The notes under the pieces are model-generated. The model was not told the origin of the DNA, searched no databases, and worked only from the letters and a program-made list of their open reading frames with translations. From a bacterium (lineage in GTDB: Bacteria > CSSED10-310 > JAFGSJ01): 64,000 bases of DNA. Of this stretch, positions 28,376 to 39,600 are shown piece by piece (within the stretch, counting starts at the first letter, position 1; every line of letters begins with the position of its first letter). The translations under genes were made by a program, and so were the position numbers. Location of the stretch: assembly GCA_016934675.1 (NCBI GenBank), contig JAFGSJ010000004.1, positions 12,799 to 76,798 on the forward strand, in the 5' to 3' direction.

Positions 28376-29395
28376 CTACCAGACGACTTCCATCATGGAA
28401 CAATTAAGGCCGCTACCGATACCCATCAGAGCGATATGGTCACCCTTTTCTATCCTGCCGGCATCGAGTGCCTTGGCCAGAGTGACGGGCAAAGCGGCTG
28501 GGCCGATATTACCATATTCCGGATAGGTCGTATACACCTTACGCAGGTCCATTTTAAGAGACTCACAAACCTTTTCGGTATGGGCCTTACTCACTTGATG
28601 CATGATATAATGGTCCAGGTTCAGAAAATCCCAGCCCAGGACCTCATTTGCCTTGTTCAGCGTCCTGGCTGCCAAGCCCAAACCGGCGACAAGTAAAGCA
28701 TGGGCATCAGTCATCATCTGATCGGGCTGGGCCCGACACAAGTGATTATGCTCTGTGGCCGCTACGGTCACACCACCCCGGAATTGAGACCCCTCCTCGA
28801 CCAGATCGGACCGACCCAAAATCATGGCCACGCTCCCCGAACCTATGGTAAAAGTCGCGAAACTCTCTCGAAATTCATCCACAGTTGGGGAACTGTTCAA
28901 GAGTCGTTTGATCGTCTGTTCGATCACGAAACGGCTACCCTCGCCATTGACAACAAGGCCGTAGTCGATCTGGCCCCGTTCGATCATGTTTCCGGCAATC
29001 TGCATCCCGTTCAGAAATGCCAGACAGGCATTACCCACATCAAAATTGATGCAATAAGGACTCAGATGCAAATTGTTATGGACAATACAGGCCACGGACG
29101 GCTCGATATAATCCTTGCACACCGAGGTATTGATCAGGACCCCGATTCTGGAACGATCGATGCCCGAACGGATGATCGCTTTTTCTCCTGCCCAGGTTGC
29201 CATCTGGCTGGGTTGCACATTCTCGTCCCAAAAATAGCGTGACTTGATCCCGGTCAAACCTTCGAACAATCCCCGCTGAACACCAAATTTATCCATAAGT
29301 GGGGCCAATTGCTCTTCTATTTCAGATGATGTAACTCGGTGGGGGGCATCTTCACAGGCCACCGACACAATCGATACATTGTCGAAAAGCATCAT
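28376..29395 (-). CDS. oleA: Acyl-CoA:acyl-CoA alkyltransferase OleA (thiolase/FabH fold)
   Basis: MLFDNVSI, NTSVCKDYIEPS, NACLAFLNG, HQVS, GNIGPA, terminal GIGSGLNCSMMEVVW as in Xanthomonas-type OleA. Confidence 0.95.
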   Translation of the reverse strand: MMLFDNVSIVSVACEDAPHRVTSSEIEEQLAPLMDKFGVQRGLFEGLTGIKSRYFWDENVQPSQMATWAGEKAIIRSGIDRSRIGVLINTSVCKDYIEPSVACIVHNNLHLSPYCINFDVGNACLAFLNGMQIAGNMIERGQIDYGLVVNGEGSRFVIEQTIKRLLNSSPTVDEFRESFATFTIGSGSVAMILGRSDLVEEGSQFRGGVTVAATEHNHLCRAQPDQMMTDAHALLVAGLGLAARTLNKANEVLGWDFLNLDHYIMHQVSKAHTEKVCESLKMDLRKVYTTYPEYGNIGPAALPVTLAKALDAGRIEKGDHIALMGIGSGLNCSMMEVVW

Positions 29396-29448
29396 GACTG
29401 TTCCTCTTAAACCACGAGCTTGTCCTTACTCACTGTTATTGTCTCGGA

Positions 29449-29477
29449 TACATAATCAGTCCGTTGTGAAATGTCAA
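29449..29477 (-). promoter_or_regulatory. Candidate sigma70 promoter for the ole operon
   Basis: Minus strand TTGACA-N17-TATGTA about 55 nt upstream of oleA. Confidence 0.35.
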
Positions 29478-29605
29478 GCGACCCGCTCAACCATTATCGT
29501 TAACCAAGGAAATATAACCATTGATTTAGATGCTTGAGTTTTTTTTCTGTTTCTGCTAGGTAAAGACGAACACGACCCAATTCACTTTTGATAAGGAGAA
29601 TTGTG

Positions 29606-30367
29606 ATGGAATGGCTATTGGACCCGCAAGTCTGGATTGCTTTGACGACATTGACCGTACTTGAGATTGTGCTGGGTGTCGATAATATCATTTTCATTGC
29701 TATTCTGACTGAAAAATTGCCGGTCCAGAATCAGGGTAAGGCCAGGCGATTGGGCCTTGCCGGTGCTATGCTCACCAGGATTTTGCTCCTGTCCTGTCTG
29801 ACCTGGATCATGCGATTGACGACACCTTTGTTCACTGTTTTCGCCCTCGATATTTCCGGCCGGGACATCATCCTGATATCCGGCGGGCTCTTTTTGCTGG
29901 TTAAAGCCACCCTGGAAATTCACGAAAAACTCGAAGGTGGCACAAGTGAGCACCAGATCAGGCTCCACTCATCATTTTACAGTGTGATTATCCAGATCAT
30001 GCTTCTTGATATTGTTTTTTCGTTCGATTCGGTCATTACCGCAATTGGATTGGCCAATCAACTCGCGATCATGGTATCAGCCATTATCATAGCGGTTATT
30101 GTCATGATGGTCTTTATCAACAGCATCAGCGATTTCGTGGAGCGACATCCCACTCTTAAAATGCTGGCATTGAGTTTCCTGTTACTGATTGGGATCGCCC
30201 TAATCGGTGAAGGATTCGACCTGCATATACCCAAAGGTTACATCTATTTCGCTATGGCTTTCTCGGCTTTTGTGGAAATGCTGAACATGCGTTTAAGTCG
30301 GCCCCAGAATGAACCGGTCCAGTTAAAAAACGTAAGGCCGTCTGTCAAGCCAGATACTTTGTCCTGA
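29606..30367 (+). CDS. TerC family integral membrane protein
   Basis: LEIVLGVDNIIFI, QIMLLDIVFSFDSVITA, HPTLKMLALSFL, IPKGYIYFAMAFS; RBS AAGGAG. Confidence 0.95.
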   Translation: MEWLLDPQVWIALTTLTVLEIVLGVDNIIFIAILTEKLPVQNQGKARRLGLAGAMLTRILLLSCLTWIMRLTTPLFTVFALDISGRDIILISGGLFLLVKATLEIHEKLEGGTSEHQIRLHSSFYSVIIQIMLLDIVFSFDSVITAIGLANQLAIMVSAIIIAVIVMMVFINSISDFVERHPTLKMLALSFLLLIGIALIGEGFDLHIPKGYIYFAMAFSAFVEMLNMRLSRPQNEPVQLKNVRPSVKPDTLS

Positions 30368-30444
30368 CTGAGAGTTGGCTCTTCTGACCCAGAAGCATTT
30401 TAATAGACTCCTTCTAATGCTTTGGAGCACTATGCGCTCAAATT

Positions 30445-31764
30445 CTAATCGGGCCGGCCGTAACTTCGGAGCCAGCTCTGGGCAAGTTCGTTAGCGTCGA
30501 AGCCGGTTTCAGCCAGGATATGGTCGATCATGTCCTGCATCAGGGCTGCATCGCCGACATAGCGATTGAAAAATGAAGAGAGGACCTGGTCGAGTCTATC
30601 GGCCCCGATCTCATCGGCGACATCTTTGTAGAAGAAAGCCCCTTTGAGATACGGTACCAAAGAGAACAGACCGTCTTCGAGAATATCGACCTCACCGCAT
30701 GAATCGGGCCAGGCAATGCCATCATTATGGTTGATCACGTAATTCAAGTCGGCGTCGTAATCCTCCCAGATCAGGGCTTCGGCATCGGCCCCCACGATCT
30801 GTCCGGTGACCCGGGCGGTCAGGTAGGTCACGGTGCCCTCCGATAGAACAAAATCTTCCCAGCAGCGGATGCGGATGCCGTCGCCGTACCAGCCGTGAGC
30901 GGCTTCATGAGTGTGGACATCGGTCATACCGATGGCCCCTTTGGCAATATGCCAGTAGGGGTGATGTTCCATGCCGCCGTAGCTGCCGGCGCCCCAAATC
31001 ACTTCCACGGAACCAGCCTTATCACCGTAGGCGTATGGACCGAGGACTTGTTCGTACCAGTTGAAGATATCGACCAGGTGAGTTGTGGCTTGAAGGGCCT
31101 TGGTTTCATCTCCGGGTAGGACCCACAGGCCGATTTCAGTTCCGTCCTGGGTCGAACCCAGATTGAGATAGCTATACTGTCCGATAGCCCAGGCGATCTG
31201 GTATGAGGGACAATCAGTCGGGATTGCTTGGGGATAGACGGCCTGAAGGGCCGCGTCGTATCCGTTGACCGTCAGATTGAAGCGGAGACCATCGACCGGT
31301 TCGGAATGACAGGGAAACAGATTGCCGCAGAAATATGGCCAAATCAGGGTTACACCGGTCTCCATGAAGCCCTCGGACACATCCTGATAGCTGAAAGTAT
31401 AGTCGATGATCAGCTCGAAAGGGCCCTCTGTCTGGGGAATACCCACGTGCAAATTTCCGTCTGCTATGACATAATTGAGATCACCCTGGGCGCAGCGGAC
31501 GGAAGTGATGCCCAGACCGCCCGCCTCGAACGAACAGCCCGTACTGTCCGCAGTGCCGATAGATATGGTAGCGGAAGCTTTGAAAGCACTCATATCAATA
31601 GCCAGGGTCGTACTCAGAATATCACGCTGCCAGTTCTCGACTGCTGCAGGTGGGTTCCAGGGAGGAGGTGTGTCGTCGTCATCATCACCGGAACAACCAG
31701 TGATCATCATGTATCCGGCCAAACATACAATTACAATGAAAAGAAAACGTGTACATGTGTTCAT
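30445..31764 (-). CDS. M1 family aminopeptidase lipoprotein
   Basis: Lipobox ITGC, GGMEH exopeptidase motif, HEAAH...E, YLKGA; start moved to MNTCTR after CAGGAG. Confidence 0.9.
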   Translation of the reverse strand: MNTCTRFLFIVIVCLAGYMMITGCSGDDDDDTPPPWNPPAAVENWQRDILSTTLAIDMSAFKASATISIGTADSTGCSFEAGGLGITSVRCAQGDLNYVIADGNLHVGIPQTEGPFELIIDYTFSYQDVSEGFMETGVTLIWPYFCGNLFPCHSEPVDGLRFNLTVNGYDAALQAVYPQAIPTDCPSYQIAWAIGQYSYLNLGSTQDGTEIGLWVLPGDETKALQATTHLVDIFNWYEQVLGPYAYGDKAGSVEVIWGAGSYGGMEHHPYWHIAKGAIGMTDVHTHEAAHGWYGDGIRIRCWEDFVLSEGTVTYLTARVTGQIVGADAEALIWEDYDADLNYVINHNDGIAWPDSCGEVDILEDGLFSLVPYLKGAFFYKDVADEIGADRLDQVLSSFFNRYVGDAALMQDMIDHILAETGFDANELAQSWLRSYGRPD

Positions 31765-31989
31765 ACTCTTCTCCTGATCACATTGCAGTGCATTGGACCT
31801 GTTTTGGGACAGCATAGCATAACCAGAGAAAAAAACAATGATTGTTTGCGTTTCCTTAGGATAAGTGCTACAAACCTGGCATGTTTTTCATCAGTCGGGC
31901 CATATTAGGCACGAAGAGGTCCATGAAGCTGCGTGTTCTGAGTGTGAATGCCCCGACTAATTGGCCTTTGAGCCAGAGAGGAGCGGTTT

Positions 31990-32700
31990 ATGAGAAAGTG
32001 TGCTTGTATTGCGGCAATAGTGATGATCTGGACGCTCAGTGCAGGGGTCCAGGCCCAAGACCAAACCGGGACTACATTAGCCGATGAAAACCAGAAGATC
32101 AGCTATGCCCTGGGCTATAAAATCGGACAGGACCTGAAGGGACTCGAACATAATGTGGACCTGACCATTTTCTCGAAAGGCGTGGCTGATTGCTACCAGA
32201 ATCTTCCCGGTCAACTCACCGAAAAGGAAATTGCTGAAGTCCTGCAGAGTTTCTTCAAAGACATGCAAGCGAAACAGCAGGAAAAAAGACAAATCGCCGG
32301 AGAGAAAAATAAAAAAGAGGGCGAGGAATTCCTAGCCAAGAACAAGGAACGGGAAGGCGTCAAAACCACGGAAAGTGGGCTGCAATACGAAGTTATTACC
32401 GAGGGGACCGGTGTGAAACCAAAGGCGACCGATAAGGTCAAGGTCCACTACAAGGGCACCTTGATTGATGGGACCGAATTTGACAGTTCCTACATCCGCA
32501 ATGAGCCGACTGAATTCAAGGTGAACGGAGTGATCCGAGGTTGGACTGAAGGGCTCCAACTCATGAATGTCGGCAGCAAATACAAATTCTTTGTTCCGGC
32601 GAATCTCGCTTACGGCGAGCGTGGGGCCAGAGAACCAATTGGACCGAACGCCACCCTGGTTTTTGAAGTCGAATTGCTGGAAATCGTGCCGGACGAATAA
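31990..32700 (+). CDS. Periplasmic FKBP-type peptidyl-prolyl isomerase (FkpA/Mip type)
   Basis: Signal peptide, SYALG, SGLQYEV, VHYKGTLIDGTEFDSS, VIRGWTEGL, LVFEVELL. Confidence 0.96.
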   Translation: MRKCACIAAIVMIWTLSAGVQAQDQTGTTLADENQKISYALGYKIGQDLKGLEHNVDLTIFSKGVADCYQNLPGQLTEKEIAEVLQSFFKDMQAKQQEKRQIAGEKNKKEGEEFLAKNKEREGVKTTESGLQYEVITEGTGVKPKATDKVKVHYKGTLIDGTEFDSSYIRNEPTEFKVNGVIRGWTEGLQLMNVGSKYKFFVPANLAYGERGAREPIGPNATLVFEVELLEIVPDE

Positions 32701-32724
32701 GGCCTTTTTGGTGATTGATAACCC

Positions 32725-32770
32725 AAGCCGATAATCCTATCGTCTGTTCGATGGGGTGTCGGCTTTTTTT
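32725..32770 (+). terminator. Rho-independent terminator after the FKBP gene
   Basis: AAGCCGATA...TGTCGGCTT stem followed by a T run. Confidence 0.8.
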
Positions 32771-32831
32771 GATAATCAGATCGAAAACAAGGTTGTGTCA
32801 TTGACCCAAGCCCGGTCTGAAAGAGATTAGC

Positions 32832-33740
32832 ATGGAAGCAGTGTATGGTTTGAAAGGGGAAATAGCGGCACTCACAGCCGCTTTTTCCTGGGCCTTGGCC
32901 ACGGTCCTGTTTGGGCGGGCAGGCAAGAGTGTCTCGCCTCTGGTCCTGAATTTTGCCAAAGCCCTGATTGCCCTGATTTTATTGGGATTGACCCTGATCG
33001 TAACCCGGGCCGAGCCGCTTCCTTTTGCCCCCTATGGTATCTCGCTTCTTATGCTTAGTGGTATCATCGGGATTGGTCTCGGCGATACCGCTTATTTTCA
33101 GGCATTGAATATTCTGGGAGCACGTCGGACACTGCTTATGGAAACGCTGGCCCCGCCCATAACCGCTGTTCTGGCCCTGGTCCTGCTCGAAGAATACCTC
33201 GGACTCTGGGCTTGGTGCGGTATTGGACTCACCCTGGCCGGGATCATCTGGGTGATCGGTGAACGTGAACAGCAATCCGCCCAACATCCGACCGGTTCTT
33301 TGCATAAAGGCCTGCTTTTTGGACTCTGTTTCGCTCTGGCCCAATCAATCGGGGCCCTGCTTTCCCGGATCGCTCTTACCCAGACGCCGATCAGCCCGCT
33401 CTGGAGCGCATTGATCAGACTCATGGCCAGCTTCGTCTTTCTCGGGCTTATGCTGGCCCTGAAAAAACCGTCGTTGGCTCAAGAATCCCCGAAACACATT
33501 CGTTGGCCACTCGTCATGCAGATCGTCATGGCGACCTTCATCGGAACGTTTCTGGGTATCTGGCTGCAGCAGATTTCATTGAAATACACCGACGCGGGTA
33601 TTGCTCAGACTCTGCTGAGTACCAGCCCGGTTTTTGTGCTGCCCCTGGCTGCGATCTACCTGGGTGACACTGTTTCCATGCGGGCCATTCTGGGAGCTCT
33701 CTGTGCCCTGGCCGGCATCTCACTGCTCTTTGCCTTCTGA
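32832..33740 (+). CDS. EamA/DMT family transporter
   Basis: About 10 TM helices in two repeats; GEIAALTAAFSWA, SGIIGIGLGD. Confidence 0.9.
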   Translation: MEAVYGLKGEIAALTAAFSWALATVLFGRAGKSVSPLVLNFAKALIALILLGLTLIVTRAEPLPFAPYGISLLMLSGIIGIGLGDTAYFQALNILGARRTLLMETLAPPITAVLALVLLEEYLGLWAWCGIGLTLAGIIWVIGEREQQSAQHPTGSLHKGLLFGLCFALAQSIGALLSRIALTQTPISPLWSALIRLMASFVFLGLMLALKKPSLAQESPKHIRWPLVMQIVMATFIGTFLGIWLQQISLKYTDAGIAQTLLSTSPVFVLPLAAIYLGDTVSMRAILGALCALAGISLLFAF

Positions 33741-33781
33741 CCGGCCCATTTCCGGTTAAAGGCAGGAGACAGGAGAGAGGA

Positions 33782-36625
33782 GTGAAAAAAATGCGAGTGT
33801 TTCAGATAATGCACATACTGATACTTTTCAGCGTGAGTGCAGGTTTTGTCAATGCGAATAATACCCCATTCAATGCTCGGGTCCATAGTCATGATCAGAT
33901 CGAGTTGTTCTGGAGCGATGATGCTGTTCAGGGGAGGGAGGTTGTGGGTTTCAGTATTGAACGAGCCAGTGCTGAATCACCAATCGGTTTGCGGCGTGAG
34001 GGACTCACATTCGAGCCGTATGCCCTACGTGGTCCGGAAGCCCGATCGCATCTGTTCAGGCTGGACCGCGCCTGCGAGTCAGCGATTCAGATTTTTCGTT
34101 TTAAGGTCATCGAGAATGGCCTCGAGCATGAGCTGGGTTTGGCCGGGGTGATGATGATCAGGAGACCGGAACGGATTATTCCGATGCCGTTCGAGCCGTC
34201 CGAACCGACAGTAGCGGAAGCGTTGAGTGATATCTGGCGGTCCGGCATGAAGTTGTATCGCTATTTTGATCGTCAGGAGCTCACGGGTGATGATCCGGTC
34301 AGGGCCGGCATGGTTTTCTATGTCGAGGAACCACTCAGTCCCGAGATAGTATTGGCCGGAGCGATCAAAGCGGAAGCGAGTTTTCATTTTCCGGCCGGAG
34401 AGTTAACTGGTTTTTGTTACCCGCTCTTGTCCGGTCCGGTGCCGTTTAGCCGCTTCATCGTACAGGTACCAGAACTCGAAGGCATGATTGTCTACTATGA
34501 TGGCAATATGCTCCCACTCGAGGCGGACCAACAACTTGCCAGCGGATGGCATATCTATGCTTTTCGGTCCAGTCATACTTTCGAATATGATCTGCCGGCG
34601 GGTGAACTTTCGATTGATCTCGGAACGTACCAGCCTAAACCGGTCGTATCGGAGCCACCCAGGGTCAGGAGGCCAAAGGGTCGGGACACATCGGTGCGGA
34701 TCGTCTATGATCCGACGTACGAGACTGCCCGCTATAAGTGCTGGGACAACGGTTATTCAGGGCCCTGGGACGGCATAACCGACCAGTATCCGGGTGTCGA
34801 TGAAGTGGTCAATGCCGGGGTAGTCAGACGTGGCCGGATCGTGTATGTCACCGATACCGGTATAATGTCGGCCACTCCGGTCACGGTCTGGGGACCGATC
34901 CCCCCCAAGGCGATCCGTCCGATCTGCAGTTATCAAGTGGGCTGGTCCGAGGAAAAGCAGGCCGCGACTGTCACTGTCCCGGCTGACGCGCCGATTGGGG
35001 ATTATCGTATTCAAGTAGGAACAGACCCCCAGAACTTCTGTACAATGTATGTGCTTTTCGATACAGCACTCTTTGCCCAAAGCCAGGGCGGACCGTTCAC
35101 CCCCACGGAAATGGCTTCCTGGGCGTATGAAGACATTGCCTATACGGGCACGCAACGGGACGGTTACGGCTCACTATTTGATTATTTGAATTATCAGTAT
35201 TGGGGTCCGACATCAGGTCCGGGTTCGAGCTCGATCTATGGTTACCGGGGCGCGACTGATGCCGAATTGGGCCGCGATGGTGGTCTCTATGGCCAGCGGA
35301 CCGTGGAATTGTTCGCATCGATTCATGGCTGGGGTGCCTCCACTCCGCTCGAAGCAGCCATACATTGTTATGAAATAATCGGGCAACGGATCACCTGGAC
35401 CATGCAGCCCTATTACGGCTGTGAGAATGGCTATTATAATTATCATGACCGGGTTTTTGCCGGTGAACAGATTCGGAGTATATCGGGCTCGTATCAAGCC
35501 AGTGAACTGGATGTTAATACGGCTGAAAAGGCAGCCCTGGGCCTCGGATTTGTCAACCGGTTCCCGGCGGCGTATGTCTATAACTGCGGTCAGTGCATGA
35601 ATTTCGGAGCATTGTTGGCCCAGGCTTTCCGAAGTATCGGTATTCCGGCAACGATGCATTATGCGGCCGGTGGGGGCGGCTGGCTGTGGAGTTTTCATGT
35701 CTGGACCAATGCGGCTTTTCTCGAGACGACCTGGACGCCCCAGTCCTGGGGTGGCCGTTGGTTCAAATTTGATGCGTGCGATACCTATACCAGTTCGTCA
35801 GCGGCCCATCTCGAGGGCCATATCGGCCCGGTTGTCTTCGACGGTTTTGGTGATTATCTGCTGAACACGTTCGAGTATCGGGATGGTCCTGGATATCGTG
35901 GCCGTTATGAACTCAACGAGTCCTTCTCTGGCGATTATTATGCCTCGCATTTGGATAGTCTTCTCAAAACAGTGACAATAGCGGATCCCCAGGGCGACGA
36001 ACTCTATCTTTCGGTCAACCAGAGCTCCTGCCCCTTCGAGGTTTATGATTCGTTTGCTGATGCCTCTGGCACGGCCCAGTCAACCTATAGCTACGTCAGG
36101 CCGGGCCATCACGGCTATGCCCTGAACGATACGCAATGGCGTCATTATGGACAGGCCTATGATCCGGGTTTGGATGAGAGCGAGAATCTGCCGACGATCG
36201 AACCGGGTCAGGTCGTGGAAGGTGTGATCGGTGGTTGGGGCACAGCCTGGTATCGGCTCGAACCACGGGACCAGGACACGATCGAGTTGACCGTTATCCA
36301 GGGTGAAGACCGGATTAAACTGTATGGTCGCTGGGACCAGCCGATCACCTCGACCCAATCACGTCATAACGGTCTGTTGTTTGATATTGGCCCGACAACC
36401 AGCATCAATATTCCCGTAACCGGTTCACGGTTATATATTCTGGTCCAGGGCGAAAATGGTGACGGACAACCCCTTGGCTCGCAACATGTCAGCTATTTTA
36501 CTTTGCAGCGCGCTGATTTCAACGATGTGCCGATATTGTCACCCGCAGGTTTCCTACTCGTCCTTATTCTAACCGGATATGTTCTCAGAAGAAGGGAAAG
36601 GCATGACCGATCAGGACCAGCGTGA
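33782..36625 (+). CDS. Exported transglutaminase-like protein with C-terminal IPTL-CTERM-like sorting signal
   Basis: Signal peptide; GQCMNFG...[20 protein letters not shown] (Cys-His-Asp); C-terminal VPILSPAG + TM + RRRER. Confidence 0.8.
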   Translation: MKKMRVFQIMHILILFSVSAGFVNANNTPFNARVHSHDQIELFWSDDAVQGREVVGFSIERASAESPIGLRREGLTFEPYALRGPEARSHLFRLDRACESAIQIFRFKVIENGLEHELGLAGVMMIRRPERIIPMPFEPSEPTVAEALSDIWRSGMKLYRYFDRQELTGDDPVRAGMVFYVEEPLSPEIVLAGAIKAEASFHFPAGELTGFCYPLLSGPVPFSRFIVQVPELEGMIVYYDGNMLPLEADQQLASGWHIYAFRSSHTFEYDLPAGELSIDLGTYQPKPVVSEPPRVRRPKGRDTSVRIVYDPTYETARYKCWDNGYSGPWDGITDQYPGVDEVVNAGVVRRGRIVYVTDTGIMSATPVTVWGPIPPKAIRPICSYQVGWSEEKQAATVTVPADAPIGDYRIQVGTDPQNFCTMYVLFDTALFAQSQGGPFTPTEMASWAYEDIAYTGTQRDGYGSLFDYLNYQYWGPTSGPGSSSIYGYRGATDAELGRDGGLYGQRTVELFASIHGWGASTPLEAAIHCYEIIGQRITWTMQPYYGCENGYYNYHDRVFAGEQIRSISGSYQASELDVNTAEKAALGLGFVNRFPAAYVYNCGQCMNFGALLAQAFRSIGIPATMHYAAGGGGWLWSFHVWTNAAFLETTWTPQSWGGRWFKFDACDTYTSSSAAHLEGHIGPVVFDGFGDYLLNTFEYRDGPGYRGRYELNESFSGDYYASHLDSLLKTVTIADPQGDELYLSVNQSSCPFEVYDSFADASGTAQSTYSYVRPGHHGYALNDTQWRHYGQAYDPGLDESENLPTIEPGQVVEGVIGGWGTAWYRLEPRDQDTIELTVIQGEDRIKLYGRWDQPITSTQSRHNGLLFDIGPTTSINIPVTGSRLYILVQGENGDGQPLGSQHVSYFTLQRADFNDVPILSPAGFLLVLILTGYVLRRRERHDRSGPA

Positions 36626-39600
36626 ATGGATGGGCAGGAGGGTCGGGCCATATGAGCTGCTCGAATCGCTCGGACAGGGCGGCATGGGCAGCATTTACCG
36701 GGCCCGTCACATCGTCACCGGGCACTTGGTCGCCCTGAAAATGGTCCGTCTGCCCAATGAACATCATCTCCAGGGTATCCGCCGCGAGATTTTTTCCTTG
36801 TCGCGGATGTCACATCCCGGGATTGTTCATATCGAAGCCCATGGGCTCGAAAGTGGAACGCCCTGGTATGCCATGGAATTGCTCGAAGGTATCACGCTTC
36901 AGAGTTGGAGCAAAGGCATGGGTCAAGATACAGTCAAGGGGCTGGCCGTCGAGACAGGTCATACAAGAACGTATCCTGCTATTGACCTTAATCGGATCCG
37001 GGAGACCCGGTCCGTTACCGGGGTTCCCGGGAACACGACCGGTTATCAGCAGAATCTATATGGCCCACCGGACCGGGACGGCCTGTCCGGGCACGAGACC
37101 GAAGCGGTCCCTCAGAGGCAATACTGCCTGGGTTCCGAGCATTTCGGTGAGATATTGACCGTGATTCACCGTTTATGCAATCCCTTATCGTACCTGCATG
37201 GGGAGGGATTGGTTCATCGCGATTTGAAGCCGAACAACATCCTGGTCCGGCCCGATGGTAGCCCGGTAATCATTGATTTTGGTTTGATCACCATGTTCGG
37301 GGGTGATGTCAGTAGAGAAAGCCTGGTGGTCGAACCCTGGGCACTGGGCACACCGGCATATATGGCCCCGGAACAACTTAACAATCAACTCGTTGATGCC
37401 CGGACCGATATTTTTGCACTGGGTTGCATACTCTATGAGTTATTGACGGGTGTGCATCCGTTTCAAGCCGCAACGAGAGATGAGCAGATTCGGCGGCACC
37501 TCTATGAACAACCGCTCCCTCCTTCGAAGTATTATCCGGGTCTCCCGATTGAATTGGAACGGTTAATCATGCACATGCTCGAGAAGCAACCCCGGCAGAG
37601 GACCGGTTTTGTCGAAGATGTTGCGGTCCAATTGAAAAAACTCGGTGCGGGCAATGGTGTGTTCGCAGCAGCACCGCGGGCCAGGCATTACCTTTACCGG
37701 GCCGACCTGGCCGGTCGGACCGAGGAACAGGTCCATATCCGCGATAATCTGGTCAAGGTCCAGTGCGGACAGGGAAGAATGCTGTTCATACTGGGCGAAA
37801 GTGGGATCGGCAAGACCCGGTTGGCGATTCAGGCGGGTCGCGAGGCGGCCGAGCATGATTACCTTGTCCTGACCGGCGAGGCCATCGAGGGCAGTTATGC
37901 TGCCCTAGGTCTGTTCCGTAAACCGCTCCAATCCCTGGCGGACCGCTGCCGGACCCGGGGCGAAGCCGAGACCCGGCGCATCTTCGGGCGTTGTGGGGCG
38001 GTCCTTATGGATTTCGAACCGGCCATTCGGGACTTGCCTGGCCTCGAACATTATCCAGAACCTGCACCACTGGAACGTGAAGCAGCTCAACTCAGAATAG
38101 TGACCGATCTGGTTGAAGTGTTCAGAAATACCGCTGCCCAGCAGCCGGTCATGCTCATTCTCGATGATTTGCAATGGGCCGATCAACTCTCGCTCGAATT
38201 TCTCCACTTTGTTCAAAAGAACCTAAACTTAACCGGTGGGCACTGTCTCATTGTCGGGCTCTGCCGCAAGGAAGAGGTGCCCCCGTTCCTGGCTGAAATA
38301 TTGGCCTCCTGCCCCGACCGGATTCTGTCCTTGGACCGGCTCGGACCCGAGCATCTGACCTCGATCATCAGCGACATGCTGGCCACGGCCACACCGCCGG
38401 AGGAACTCTGTCGGTATCTGACCAGCGTGGCCGAGGGCAATCCCTTCTTTGTAGCCGAGTATCTTCGTCTGGCCATGAGTATGGGTATCTTTTCGCGGAA
38501 CAGCCTGGGCCAATGGCTCCTTCCGCATGATCAGAGTTCGTCCGCCCTGGCCCAATTCGAGAAACTCGGTTTACCCGGCTCGCTGCGGGCCCTGCTCGAA
38601 AAACGGATCCAGGGACTGCCGATCGCGGTCAGGCAAACTGCCGAACTATGTGCTCTCATTGGTAAAATGGCCCCGGTCCAGTTGATCTGGTCGGTGAGCG
38701 GTCAGAATGAGGAGCAGATATTAGCCAGTCTCGATGATTTGCTTAAGCATCAGATTTTCGAATGGGATAGCCCGAGCACCATTCGTTTTACTCATGACAA
38801 GTTACGCGAGATCATGGTCAAGCACATCCCGGTCCGGCAAAAAAGGGACATGCATGGACGGATCGTGACGGGTATCGAAGCCATATCAGCATCGGCACAG
38901 TCTCCTGAGCAGTACTACCCCGACTTGGGTTTCCATAACGAGATGGCTGGTAACAATGATAAAGCGGTTCACTATTATGTGCGGGCGGCCCAGAATGCAC
39001 TCCATCATTTCTCGTATGAAGAAACCATTGTTCATTGTGAACGGGTTGGAGCACTGTCGGATAGCAGTGAAGCCAAGCTCCTGATGGCGCATGCCCTGAT
39101 CGGCCTGGCCCGCTTCGAAGATGCCGATCGCATCGCCCTGGACCTCATGGCATCGGAGAATGTTACCGAAAGCGAGAAAACCGCGACACTGCTCGTTCAG
39201 GCGGAATTACGGGAACGCCACGGCCAGTTCGAAGATTCGAATGTCCTGGTCAGGCAGATTCTGGCACGCGAACCGACCGGTTTGCCTCGAATACAAGCTT
39301 TGATTATCGGGAGCCGTAACTATATCAGGCTCGGCGAAATCGAGGCGGCCGAGCCATATTTGATCGAAGCGTTAACCTTGGCCCAGGTCGAAGGACGTGA
39401 AAAGGAGCAAGCGTCCATTCTCAACAATCTGGGCATTGTCGCTCGAGGTAAGGGCCAATTGGAACACGCCCTCGAGCTCTACGATCAAAGTTTGGCCATT
39501 CGTCGAAAATGCCAGGATCGTCTGGGAGAAGCGCATCTTTTGGTCAATATCAGCGCCATCGACTATGATCGCTTTCGATTTCAAGATTCGCTCGAAGGTC

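Noticed and set aside
29480-29605. Possible yybP-ykoY riboswitch upstream of the TerC gene
   Set aside because: No recognisable consensus or room for the structure
14026-36625. ATP-grasp plus transglutaminase as the classic alpha-E peptide-tagging system
   Set aside because: No alpha-E gene, genes about 18 kb apart, and the TGase is exported
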